From NCBI GenBank assembly GCA_965261735.1, contig OZ253470.1, positions 2,144,001 through 2,208,000 on the forward strand: DNA of 64,000 nt. Direction: 5' to 3'. The DNA is from Alphaproteobacteria bacterium (GTDB lineage Bacteria; Pseudomonadota; Alphaproteobacteria; SHVV01). Shown here in pieces: positions 21,028 to 30,453 of the stretch. The notes under the pieces were generated by a model. That model saw only the letters and a program-made list of their open reading frames with translations, was not told the origin of the DNA and ran no database searches. Numbering within the stretch: position 1 is the first letter of the stretch; every line of letters begins with the position of its first letter. Position numbers and translations under genes: made by a program.

Positions 21028-22011
21028 ATGTTGTTCGGCATCAACTTGGGCGGCGGCAACCTTTCCCATGAATCCCGTGTGGAGGCTCTGGAAGGCCGTT
21101 TGGAAAAATCGCGCCTGGCCAAGCGGTACGGATTCCACTCCCTGTGGAGCGGGGCCGGCTACCTGAACAACGACTTCCATCCCATGCTCTTGCTGTCCAG
21201 GGCGGCGGCGGAGGCTCCCGGCCTGGAGTTGGGAATGGTCGCACTGCTACCTTTGTACCATCCGGTGGAGGCCGCCGAGCAAATTGCCACGCTGGACGTT
21301 ATCAGCGGCGGCAAGTTCGTGCTGGCGCCGGCCTTGGGCTGGCGAGACTTCCAGTTCAACGCCTTCGGAATCCCCAAGGGCGAGCGCCTCTCTCGGTTCC
21401 GGGAGGTAAGGGAGGTCATGAAGCAGCTCTGGACCGAGAGCCGGGTTACCCACCACGGTCAGCATTTCCAAATGGAAGACGTGCCCGGCGGCGGAACCCC
21501 GTTGCAGAAGCCCTACCCAAGGATGTACCTGGCGGCCAACCAGGACCGGGGCGTGGTTCGGGCGGCCCGGCAGGCCGATGGCTGGCTGATCAGCTCCCGG
21601 GCGACTTTGACCACCCTTCGCCAGCAGGTGCCAGTTTACCAGGAAGCCGCGAGGGCGACGGGCAGGGAAGGCTACATGTCCGCCTGGCGGGAGATGTTCA
21701 TCGCGGAAACTCGGGAAAAGGCCATAGAGATAGTCCGACCCCATGTGGAGCGGTTATACCAGGACCGGGCCGCCTCGGGCCACAGCCAGGAACTGCCCGC
21801 CGCCGACCGCATCGACGTTCCCTTCGAGCAGGTGTTGGACGGAAGGTTCATCATTGGCAGCCCTAGCGAGTGCGCCAACGAAATCAAAAAATACCAGGAG
21901 TTGGGCGTCCAGGAGCTGATATTACGCTGCCAGTGGCCCGGCATGCCCAACCAGGACTCCAACAGGGCGGTGGAAATGTTCGGCCGCGAAGTGCTCCCCC
22001 GGTTCGCGTGA
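21028..22011 (+). CDS. LLM-class flavin-dependent oxidoreductase
   Basis: LPLYHPVEAAEQIATLDVISGG, FIIGSP. Confidence 0.88.
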   Translation: MLFGINLGGGNLSHESRVEALEGRLEKSRLAKRYGFHSLWSGAGYLNNDFHPMLLLSRAAAEAPGLELGMVALLPLYHPVEAAEQIATLDVISGGKFVLAPALGWRDFQFNAFGIPKGERLSRFREVREVMKQLWTESRVTHHGQHFQMEDVPGGGTPLQKPYPRMYLAANQDRGVVRAARQADGWLISSRATLTTLRQQVPVYQEAARATGREGYMSAWREMFIAETREKAIEIVRPHVERLYQDRAASGHSQELPAADRIDVPFEQVLDGRFIIGSPSECANEIKKYQELGVQELILRCQWPGMPNQDSNRAVEMFGREVLPRFA

Positions 22012-22092
22012 GGTCCGCAACTCTCCCTCCTACCCGGCTGTATCGATCTCTACGATTGGGCGTGAACGTCCTAGCCCCTGGACGCAGTTTGG

Positions 22093-22896
22093 CTAGAAGC
22101 TTTTCAAGAAGTTTGTCATAAGCCGGCAGGTCTCGTCGGGCTGCTCAAACCCGTAAAAGTGACCGCAGTTCTTGATTATCTTCATGTAGGAGTTGGGTAT
22201 GGCTTTGTTCAGGCCCTCCGACATCTCCACAGGGGTGCGGGCGTCGTCTTCGCCAACGATTATCAGTGTGGGATGCCCGATTTCGCCCAGCTCCGGACCG
22301 AAATCGGATCGCGTGGCCTTGATCACGTCGGCGTAAGACTTGGGGTCGTTTCGGAGGAGGGTTTGCCGTAGCTTCTCCACCGCCTCGGGTTTGTTCTGAA
22401 CACTATGCGGGCTGTAAGCGCCCTTGCTGAACTCGAAGGTCTTTTCTACGATCTCCTCGATACTGGCGCCCTCTTCGGCAAGCCTTCGCCGTGTCTCGAA
22501 CCCCGAGCGGTCCATGGGGGTGGAGGTGGGAAGCGGGCTTCCCGAGCCGAGCAACATGAGATGGCTGACCATCTCGGAATAGCGCAGGGCAAACTTCATT
22601 ACCACCATGCCTCCCAATGACCATCCAGCCAGAGCAGCCTGCTCGAGGCCCAGTTTCCCCATCAACCCAGCCAGGTCGTCGGCCCATAGGTCGTCGGACA
22701 AGGGAACCTGGGTCGGCCTGACCGTCTCGCCAAAGCCCCGCATGTCGTAGGCGTATACCCTGAAGTCCTTGCTCAGTAACGGAATCATATCCTCGAAGCT
22801 CTGGGCGTCGGCTCCGGTGCCATGCACCAAAATCAACGGTTTGCCCTCTCCGCTCACCTCGTAATGTACGTTGCAGTCATTGACCTGTGTGAACAT
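22093..22896 (-). CDS. Alpha/beta hydrolase
   Basis: LVHG, DMRGFG, GWSLGG nucleophile elbow, GEDD, CGH. Confidence 0.9.
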   Translation of the reverse strand: MFTQVNDCNVHYEVSGEGKPLILVHGTGADAQSFEDMIPLLSKDFRVYAYDMRGFGETVRPTQVPLSDDLWADDLAGLMGKLGLEQAALAGWSLGGMVVMKFALRYSEMVSHLMLLGSGSPLPTSTPMDRSGFETRRRLAEEGASIEEIVEKTFEFSKGAYSPHSVQNKPEAVEKLRQTLLRNDPKSYADVIKATRSDFGPELGEIGHPTLIIVGEDDARTPVEMSEGLNKAIPNSYMKIIKNCGHFYGFEQPDETCRLMTNFLKSF

Positions 22897-23086
22897 GGTG
22901 CAGCCCTCCTTATGGTGTGGCCCATGGCCGCTCCAAAGATAAAGCGGTTCGGGCAGACGAGTCCTGGTTGGTCACCTCGTTCGTAGCGAGAGACCCGCGA
23001 CGCTGAAGCGCTGGCGCACTATCGGGCTTGTCACCATCTAGCTTGTGGTACCTCACGACCGCCCGGACGAATAAAGCGGGGCCAAG

Positions 23087-23563
23087 ATGTATGGCTTTGT
23101 CGCCCTTTGGAAGATCGATGATCCGGAACCTGCGCACCGGATGATCGCTAGGATTGCCCATCGCGGACCCGACGATGTGCGTGTGAGCCAAGCGCCGAAC
23201 GTCCCCGCCGCAATGGCCCACTGCCGACTGTCGATCATTGGCCTCGAGGACGGAACCCAGTCAATTTACAGCGCTGAGAACGTCCTGGTCGCCAATGGCG
23301 AGATATACAATTATGCCGACCTGCGGGCAATCCTTGGCGAAAGTGCCTTCGAGACCCAGAGCGATAGCGAGACCATTTCTGCACCTGTTCCGCAAGGACC
23401 AATTGCGGTGGGTCGCCAAAGTCGACGAGTCGGCGTGACGCAGCCCGTCGATCGCGGGAGCGAAGGCCGACTTTACGAGCGTCTCCTTCGCGAACAATAC
23501 CAGGATCCCGACCTCATCCTCGACAACGCTGGCACGTGGACGGCCGGGCGCGTTGCGGTTTGA
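23087..23563 (+). pseudogene. Asparagine synthase (glutamine-hydrolysing) remnant
   Basis: HRGPD, HCRLSII, ANGEIYN, SDSE. Catalytic Cys2 reads Tyr; frameshift at ~23377; most of the gene is deleted at ~23426. Confidence 0.85.
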
Positions 23564-23625
23564 TGGCCGTTATTGCAGCCAACTATCGCGCTGTCCTGGT
23601 GTCGGCGTAGAGCAATCGCCGCAAT

Positions 23626-23648
23626 GTCGCCTTTGGCTAGAACCGGAC
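23626..23648. repeat. 23-bp motif, copy 4
   Basis: GTCGCCTTTGGCTAGAACCGGAC. Confidence 0.5.
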
Positions 23649-23700
23649 ATCACCGGGCCACGCTCCGGCGCTAGATCAGTACGCCTCCAAGTCCGCGCCG

Positions 23701-24849
23701 CTACGCCTCGCCAAACACGCGGTCGAGGATGCCGTTGATGACGTGATGGATGGGCTTTTCCATTTCGGACATCGGGCCGGGGCGGTAGTTGGCCGACATC
23801 ATGCCATTCTGCAGCGAGGCCACCATGGTGCGGTCCTCCTCCAGAATGAACGCGATATTGTCGTGGTAGACCTTGATGCGCTCGGCCGCGTCCTCGCGCT
23901 CCAGGTGTACCTTCGGGAACAGGCTGTACATCAGGAGCTGGCACTTGTCGGGGCCGAGCGGCCATACCGTGAGCGGGCGGATCTGGTCGCTCCGCGCGAC
24001 GAGCTGCGTGTTGGGCTGCATATAGCCCATGGTGGCGAAGGTATCGGCCCTGTCCTCGAACCACGGCATCTTGCCGAAGCGCGTCTTGCCGTCGGGCGTC
24101 GCCGGGGCCGAGAGGTACTCGAAATTGATCATGCCGCGGGGCTTGAGCTTCACGTGGTCGGGGTCGGTGAAGGTGTGGGCGCCGAAGGTGCCGGCGTGGA
24201 GCACGCCGACGTGGTACATGTCCATCGCGTTCTCGACGAACAGCTTCCAGTTGCATGGCATTTCGAGCACCAGGCGGCCGGCGAGACCGCATTCCTCCAT
24301 ATGCAGGAAGGAGAACGCGTCGGCGAACGGGGCGATGAACTCCTCGAGGGACGGGGCCTCGTCGTCGAAGGTGACGAACACGTTGCCGGCCCAGGTGCCG
24401 AGCCGCAACGGCGCGAGGCGGCAGGTCTCGGGATTGAAGTCCTCGGCCTCGTCCATGTACGCGGCGCCGATGAGCTTGCCTTTGAGGTCGTAGTTCCAGC
24501 CGTGGTAGGGGCAGCTGAAGCTCTTGGCGTTGCCCGAGCCGGATGCGACCTCGACACCGCGGTGTGCGCACACGTTGGAATAGGCGTTGAGGCTGCCGTC
24601 GTGGTCGCGGGCGATGACGAGCGGCTCGTCGAGGATGCGGAAGGTCATGTAGTCGCCGGGGTTGGCGAATTCCTCCTCGCGCCCCATCAGGAGCCAGTCC
24701 TTCATGAAAAGCTTTTCCTTCTCGAGCTGCAACATCTCGTCCGAGGCGTACACGTAGCCCGGGGCGTGGCGCGCGGTGGCGAGCGGCGCCCTGATCTCGT
24801 GCAGGCCCTGGCCCGGTGCCTGGCCTGAGATTTCGTCGGTGAGTGCCAT
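23701..24849 (-). CDS. Rieske non-heme iron oxygenase alpha subunit (choline monooxygenase/CntA-like)
   Basis: CAH..CPYH Rieske motif; NWKLFVENAMDMYHVGVLH; EED. Confidence 0.88.
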   Translation of the reverse strand: MALTDEISGQAPGQGLHEIRAPLATARHAPGYVYASDEMLQLEKEKLFMKDWLLMGREEEFANPGDYMTFRILDEPLVIARDHDGSLNAYSNVCAHRGVEVASGSGNAKSFSCPYHGWNYDLKGKLIGAAYMDEAEDFNPETCRLAPLRLGTWAGNVFVTFDDEAPSLEEFIAPFADAFSFLHMEECGLAGRLVLEMPCNWKLFVENAMDMYHVGVLHAGTFGAHTFTDPDHVKLKPRGMINFEYLSAPATPDGKTRFGKMPWFEDRADTFATMGYMQPNTQLVARSDQIRPLTVWPLGPDKCQLLMYSLFPKVHLEREDAAERIKVYHDNIAFILEEDRTMVASLQNGMMSANYRPGPMSEMEKPIHHVINGILDRVFGEA

Positions 24850-24985
24850 GTGATCCTCTCGTAACCGGCCGCCCGCGAAGGCCAACCCCGTCGACCCCTT
24901 CGGCTCAGCTCATAGTATAACCCACTCGGCGGCGCATCGGGCGAGCCGTAAGCGTCGCACTGGCGAGCAATGGGGAGAAGAGCCG

Positions 24986-25378
24986 ATGAAGAAAGAAATC
25001 GTTCACGTGCCGACGATCAGCGACACCGAGGCCGAGGCCAACGTGCCGCTCTCGGCCGCGGTGAAGGCCGGTGGCTTCGTGTTCGTCTCCGGCCTCCCGC
25101 CCATCAACCCCGAGACCGGCGTGATCGAGCGGGCCGACATCAAGCGCCAGACCGAACTCTCGCTCGACAACCTCAAGGCCACGCTCGAAGCCGCCGGCTC
25201 GTCGCTCGATAAGGTCGTCAAGGCGACAGTCTATATCTCGAATGCCGCCTACTTCGACACCGTCAACGACATCTACCGCCGCTACTTCCCGCACGATCCG
25301 CCGGCGCGCACCTTCGTGACCGTGGGCTCGTGGCCGTGGCCCTTCGACATCGAGGTCGACTGCATCGCCATCGCCTGA
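24986..25378 (+). CDS. RidA/YjgF family protein
   Basis: FVFVSG, PPART, IEVDCIA. Confidence 0.88.
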   Translation: MKKEIVHVPTISDTEAEANVPLSAAVKAGGFVFVSGLPPINPETGVIERADIKRQTELSLDNLKATLEAAGSSLDKVVKATVYISNAAYFDTVNDIYRRYFPHDPPARTFVTVGSWPWPFDIEVDCIAIA

Positions 25379-25406
25379 GGCGCAGCCCTCGCCTGAGGCG
25401 CGGCCC

Positions 25407-26441
25407 TCAGAGGTAGAGCGGCTGGAGCTCGTCGCTGAGCTTGGCGAGATCGGGCGGGCTGACGATGGTGCCGTCGGCGACGACCTGCTCGCCGTCGACC
25501 CACAGCGACTGCATCTTGATGACGCCGTCGGGGTGGTTCTCGCCGCCGCCGGGCAGCCAGAAGGGCACGCCGAAGCCGCAGGCGTTGTTGCCCGTGGCGC
25601 GCATGTCCTCGACGAAGCAGGTGCCGGTCCAGCGCGCCACCGGATGGATGCCGTTCGTGAAGTGGATGATGTGGCCGTACTCGCCACCGCCGGCGCGCTT
25701 GAGCGCCCGGTCCATGAACCGGCGCTCGTTGCCGCCGCCGCTGATCGCTTTGATGCGGCCGTCGACCTCGACGGTGATCGGCTCGGGGAGCAGCGTGTAG
25801 TACTCGTGGAAGGCGGCCTCGATGACGACTTGGCCGCGCACCGACTCCGGGTCGGGCCAAAGCGCGACGACGCCGGGAATGGTGTAGTTGCCCGGGCTGT
25901 TGGCCTGGCGGCGCTTGGCGAACGGCGGCTCGGCGAGGCTGAAGGTCACGTCGGTACCGGCTTCATTGGTGATGTGGCACGGCGTACCCGGTGCGAGCAG
26001 CGCGGTGAAGCGCTCGAACACGGCGAAGAACTTGTCGAGGTCGGCCCTCCCGAACAGGCGGATCATCGATCCGGTCGGCACCTCGCCGCCCAGGAAATAG
26101 CGCACGCGCTGGGTCTTCATCGCCTCGTCGTGGGCGTGTGAACCCGCCACATACGGGTAGGCGAGGTCGATCCACACGTCGCAGGCGGAGACCACCGCGA
26201 CCAGCGAATCGGAGATATAAGGATCGGCGAGCCCGCCTTGGAAGGGGAGCTGTGGGATGACGAAGATGCCGGGCTTGGCGCCCGCGAGCACCGCGGCGTT
26301 GAGCACCGCGTCCGCGACCATTCGGTCGCCGGCGGTGTCGGTCGTGATGACGACGCTCTCGCCCTCCTCGACCGCCAGGAAATCCTTGACCAGCACGTTC
26401 GCGGCCCGCGCCAGTTCGGGGCCGATGGCAGATGCGTTCAT
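25407..26441 (-). CDS. M29 aminopeptidase/NicX-like metalloprotein
   Basis: GESVVITTDT, HITNEAGTDVTF, HPDG C-terminal pattern; weak family-level recognition. Confidence 0.55.
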   Translation of the reverse strand: MNASAIGPELARAANVLVKDFLAVEEGESVVITTDTAGDRMVADAVLNAAVLAGAKPGIFVIPQLPFQGGLADPYISDSLVAVVSACDVWIDLAYPYVAGSHAHDEAMKTQRVRYFLGGEVPTGSMIRLFGRADLDKFFAVFERFTALLAPGTPCHITNEAGTDVTFSLAEPPFAKRRQANSPGNYTIPGVVALWPDPESVRGQVVIEAAFHEYYTLLPEPITVEVDGRIKAISGGGNERRFMDRALKRAGGGEYGHIIHFTNGIHPVARWTGTCFVEDMRATGNNACGFGVPFWLPGGGENHPDGVIKMQSLWVDGEQVVADGTIVSPPDLAKLSDELQPLYL

Positions 26442-26544
26442 GTGCGGAGCCTCCCTCGCCACGACGTCCGTGGAGCTATGTCCCGTTGCACCGAAGTGTG
26501 TGGGACACGCCGTGTACTGTCAATCGGTGGGCGCGCTAGTGAAC

Positions 26545-26910
26545 CTAAGCCGACGCGGCGCGCCCCGCGTGCTCGGAGGAGACCTCCTCGACGTCGATGT
26601 CCGGGTGATCGCGGGCCACGGCGACGCGGAACCAGATGAACGGCAGCAAGGGGTTGGGCAACCAGTACAACCAGGCGAGGCCGCCCGTCCGGCTTCCGTC
26701 GCCGGTAGCGAGCGACAGCCATTGGTAGAGCCCCTTGTAGGGGCATAGGCCGGGCGCGTAGCTCGGCTTGAACCGCGCCGCGAGGTAGCGCCTCCGAACG
26801 TAGTATCCCTGTTCGAACGGCGTGATGCCCCATCCCACCGGGCCCTCGGCGATCACGGTCCCGGTCGGCCGGTGCGTGAGGCGCACGCTACGTCGTGCCC
26901 GCGAAAACAT
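26545..26910 (-). CDS. Hypothetical protein, DUF427-like
   Basis: CPYKG and AWLY..PNP motifs. Confidence 0.55.
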   Translation of the reverse strand: MFSRARRSVRLTHRPTGTVIAEGPVGWGITPFEQGYYVRRRYLAARFKPSYAPGLCPYKGLYQWLSLATGDGSRTGGLAWLYWLPNPLLPFIWFRVAVARDHPDIDVEEVSSEHAGRAASA

Positions 26911-27076
26911 GAACCTCTCGAATCTTGCTGGCCCAGGGCGCCTAGCATAGCGTAACGCGCGAGTGGTGCGGCCCCTCCATTTTCCGCATATCGTCGGCCC
27001 CGCCGCCGCCCTAGGATGAGGCGGAACACTCGTGAGCACAGGCCGGTCAAGGCCGCCAACCCGAGGAGAAGGATAC

Positions 27077-27472
27077 ATGCCCAGGCAGGTCTACAACCCG
27101 ACGACGCTCGGCGAGCCCGTGGGGCCGTTCTCGCGCGCCGTGCGCATCGGCAACGTTCTCTACATCGCCGGCACCTCGGCCATCACCCATCAGACCGGGC
27201 CCATCTGGGACCGGCCGCTATCGCCCGACTTCGACGTGCAGGCACGCGAGACCTTCGAGAACATCAAGAAGGTGCTGGAGGATGCCGGCGGCAAGATGTC
27301 GGACATCTACAAGATTACGGTGCTGCTCAAGGACCGTAAGTACTTCGACCAGATCAGCAAGATCCGCGGCGAGTACTTCCCCGAGAAGGCCTACGTCAGC
27401 ACGGGCTTCATCACCGAGCTCATGCGCGAGGACATGCTGGTCGAGGTCGACGCCGAGGCGCTGCTCGAGTAG
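27077..27472 (+). CDS. RidA/YjgF family protein
   Basis: PVGPFSRAVRIGNVLYIAG, LVEVDAEA; strong RBS. Confidence 0.85.
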   Translation: MPRQVYNPTTLGEPVGPFSRAVRIGNVLYIAGTSAITHQTGPIWDRPLSPDFDVQARETFENIKKVLEDAGGKMSDIYKITVLLKDRKYFDQISKIRGEYFPEKAYVSTGFITELMREDMLVEVDAEALLE

Positions 27473-27500
27473 CGCGCGGCGTGCGGCCCGGCCGCCAGCC

Positions 27501-28625
27501 TCAGCCCTGGGCGGCCAGGCTCGCGGCCTCCGGCACCTCGATGCCGTAGAGGCGGGCGGCGTTGCCGCAGGTGAGGTCTTCTTGCACGTCCGCGGGCAGG
27601 GTGGCGAAGGTCTCGGTCACGATCTTCAGGCTGTTGGGAAACGTGCACCGGGGATGCGGGAAGTCCGAGCCCCAGAGCAGCGTCTTGGGATCGACGATGT
27701 CGAGGGTGCGGTCGATGTAGGGGTCGTCGACGGTGCCGTGATAGACGTTGCGCATGAACTCGGCGACCGGCTTGTCGGGCATCTTCATGCCGAGCGCCGG
27801 GCCGAGCGAGAGGCGCCGCTGCTCGGCCCGGAACATCCAATAGGGCAGCCACGAGACCTCGAACTCCGAGAGCACCACCTTGAGGTCGGGGAAGCGCTCG
27901 AGGATGCCGCCGAAGATGAACTCGTTCGACAGTACCGGCGCCGCCTCGCTGAGCACGTGCCAGCTATAGCGCGGCGCGTCGTTGCGCTCCTCGCCGTGTA
28001 GCGTGAACGGATCGCGCGCATTGCCGGTGATGATGTGCAACACCACCGGCATGCCGATGGCTTGCGCACGCGCCCAGAAGCGATCGTAGCGCGGCGATCG
28101 GTAGGGCTCCCAATCGGGCCGCGTATCACAGTTGATCATGGCCGCGACCAGCCCCTTCTTGGCCACCCGCTCGAGCTCCGCGATCGCCCAGTCGACGTCC
28201 TCCATGTAGACCATGGCGGTGCCGAGGAGGCGTTTGGGGTTCTCGCTGCAATGCTCGGCCAGCCAGTCGTTGAAGACGCGGCAGCAGTCGCGCGCGAGAT
28301 CGTGGTTGCGCGCCCGCATGGTGTAGAGCATCGAGGTCGCGTTGAGGACCTCGGCCCAAATACCGTCCTCGTCGTCGCAGGCAAGGCGCACCGCCGGATC
28401 CTCGGTGGCGGCCACCATCTTGTCTTTCAACGCGCCCTCGCCGTCGACGAGCTCGCCGACCTTGAAGCATTCGTATCCGGTGAAATAGAACTTGCCGGCC
28501 TCGCCGCGGAACTCGCCGACCTCGCCCGGCGTTTCGTCGCCGTACTTTTCGCGCAGCGGGCGCGAGAACAGATCGACCGGTTCGATGACGTGGGAGTCGG
28601 CGGAGATCAGCAGTCGGCCCGGCAT
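27501..28625 (-). CDS. Amidohydrolase_2 family protein
   Basis: ISADSHVIEP, PVVLHI, LWGSDFPH. Confidence 0.88.
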   Translation of the reverse strand: MPGRLLISADSHVIEPVDLFSRPLREKYGDETPGEVGEFRGEAGKFYFTGYECFKVGELVDGEGALKDKMVAATEDPAVRLACDDEDGIWAEVLNATSMLYTMRARNHDLARDCCRVFNDWLAEHCSENPKRLLGTAMVYMEDVDWAIAELERVAKKGLVAAMINCDTRPDWEPYRSPRYDRFWARAQAIGMPVVLHIITGNARDPFTLHGEERNDAPRYSWHVLSEAAPVLSNEFIFGGILERFPDLKVVLSEFEVSWLPYWMFRAEQRRLSLGPALGMKMPDKPVAEFMRNVYHGTVDDPYIDRTLDIVDPKTLLWGSDFPHPRCTFPNSLKIVTETFATLPADVQEDLTCGNAARLYGIEVPEAASLAAQG

Positions 28626-28752
28626 GTCGTCCTCCCCTTTGTCGCGGCGGCCCGGCAGGCGGCGGCGCGAGCTTTGCCCGCATGTTGACCCTGGCGCCGG
28701 CCGCGGTCAACGCGCGAAAGTGCGTGGCCCGAGTGCTAGAATGCTTGAAGCC

Positions 28753-30453
28753 ATGACCTATGACCTCAAGATTCGCGACGCCACTATCGTCGATGGCACC
28801 GGCGCGCCTGCCTACCGCGGCGACATCGGCATCGCGGGCGGGCGCATCGTCGCGCTCGGTGGCGCACCGGGCGCGGCGCGCGAGAGCATCGACGCCGGCG
28901 GCCTCGTCGCCGCCCCCGGCTTTATCGACATCCACACCCACTACGATGCACAGGTCATATGGGACTCGACGCTGGCGATCTCGCCGTGGCACCGCGTGAC
29001 GACGGCGGTGATGGGCAATTGCGGTTTCGGTATCGCGCCGACGCGGGCCGCGCACCGCGACATGATCCTGCGCACGCTGGAGCGGGTCGAGGCGATGAGC
29101 CTGGCGTCGCTGCGCGCGGGTCTCGGCGAGGACTGGGGCTTCGAGACGTTCCCAGAATATCTCGACGCGGTGGAGGCGCGCGGCACCCAGATCAACATCG
29201 GCTGCTACCTCGGCCACACACCGCTGCGCCTCTACGTCATGGGCGCCGATGCGGTGCGCCGCGAGGCGACCGAGGCCGAGCTCGCGGCCATGTGCCGCCT
29301 CGTTCGCGAGGGTATGGAAGCGGGCGCCCTCGGCTTCTCGACGACGCGCTTTACCGGCCACAACGGCTTCGACGGCGAGCCCGTGCCGAGCCGGCTCGCG
29401 AGCCTCGCCGAGCTCGACGCTCTCGTTGGCACCATGGCGGAGGCGGGGCACGGCATCATGCAAACCACGGCCGGGGATCTGCTCCTGGACGGACTGGAGG
29501 ACCTGGCGCGCGCGCACGGCGTTACCATTGCCTGGTCGGCGCTCCTCAGCGGCATGCGCGGGCCCGGCTCGCACCGCGATTATCTCGAGCATACCCGCCG
29601 CCTGATCGAGGACGAGGGCCTGAACATCGTCCCGCAGACGTCGCCGCGGCCCCTGTGCATCGACTTCACCTTCGACGAGCCGTTCCCGTTCGAGCGTCAG
29701 GCCCTGTTCGTGCCGACGATGAAGACCGACCGCGAGGGCCGCAAGGCGATCTATCGCGACCCCGCCTTCCGGGCCGCCTTCAAGGAGGACGAGCGCGGTG
29801 CCGCGGCGGCCGTGGTCGGCTGGGCCGGGCGCACGGTGATTTCGCACTCGCCGTCGCAACCGGAGATCACCGAGCGGCTCGTCGCTGACGTGGCACGCGA
29901 GCGCGGCGTCCACCCGGTCGATCTCGTGCTCGACCTCAGCCTTGATTCCGACTTCGGCGCGCGCTTTCGCTTCGCCACCCTCAACGACGACGAGACCGCG
30001 GTCGGCGAGATCCTGCGCGACCGCCACGCGGTGATCGCGCTGTCCGACGCCGGCGCCCACAACAGCCAGCTCTGCGATGCCTGCTACACCACCGACCTGC
30101 TCGGCCGCTGGGTGCGCGAGAAGGGGGTGCTGAGCCTCGAGGAGGGTGTGCGCAGCCTGACGGAGCGCCCGGCCGAGGTCCTCGGGCTCGACGACCGTGG
30201 TCGCCTCAAAGAGGGGCTGGCCGCCGACATCGTCCTGTTCGATCCGGAAACGGTGGGCGCCAGCGAGCTGCGCCGCGTCCACGACCTGCCCGCCGGCGCC
30301 GACCGCCTGATCTCCGATGCCAGCGGCATCGCCGCCGTCTTCGTCAACGGAACGCTCATCCGCCGCGACGGCGCCGACGCCCTGCCCGCGGGCGCGCCCC
30401 TACCCGGCCGACTGCTACGCGGGCACGCGACCCGAGCAGGCCCCGGGGCATAA
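28753..30453 (+). CDS. N-acyl-D-amino-acid deacylase family amidohydrolase (paralog of 681-2360)
   Basis: PGFIDIHTHYDAQ, GNCGFG, SDAGAH. Confidence 0.9.
   Translation: MTYDLKIRDATIVDGTGAPAYRGDIGIAGGRIVALGGAPGAARESIDAGGLVAAPGFIDIHTHYDAQVIWDSTLAISPWHRVTTAVMGNCGFGIAPTRAAHRDMILRTLERVEAMSLASLRAGLGEDWGFETFPEYLDAVEARGTQINIGCYLGHTPLRLYVMGADAVRREATEAELAAMCRLVREGMEAGALGFSTTRFTGHNGFDGEPVPSRLASLAELDALVGTMAEAGHGIMQTTAGDLLLDGLEDLARAHGVTIAWSALLSGMRGPGSHRDYLEHTRRLIEDEGLNIVPQTSPRPLCIDFTFDEPFPFERQALFVPTMKTDREGRKAIYRDPAFRAAFKEDERGAAAAVVGWAGRTVISHSPSQPEITERLVADVARERGVHPVDLVLDLSLDSDFGARFRFATLNDDETAVGEILRDRHAVIALSDAGAHNSQLCDACYTTDLLGRWVREKGVLSLEEGVRSLTERPAEVLGLDDRGRLKEGLAADIVLFDPETVGASELRRVHDLPAGADRLISDASGIAAVFVNGTLIRRDGADALPAGAPLPGRLLRGHATRAGPGA

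Noticed and set aside
25371-25406. 18-bp tandem duplication between convergent genes
   Set aside because: Only two units; most simply a local slippage duplication.
28126-30282. Long antisense/alternate-frame ORFs (e.g. 718 aa here, 520 aa at 42068-43630, 498 aa at 2426-3922)
   Set aside because: Shadows of real genes in high-GC DNA; Arg/Ala/Pro-rich and without recognisable motifs.
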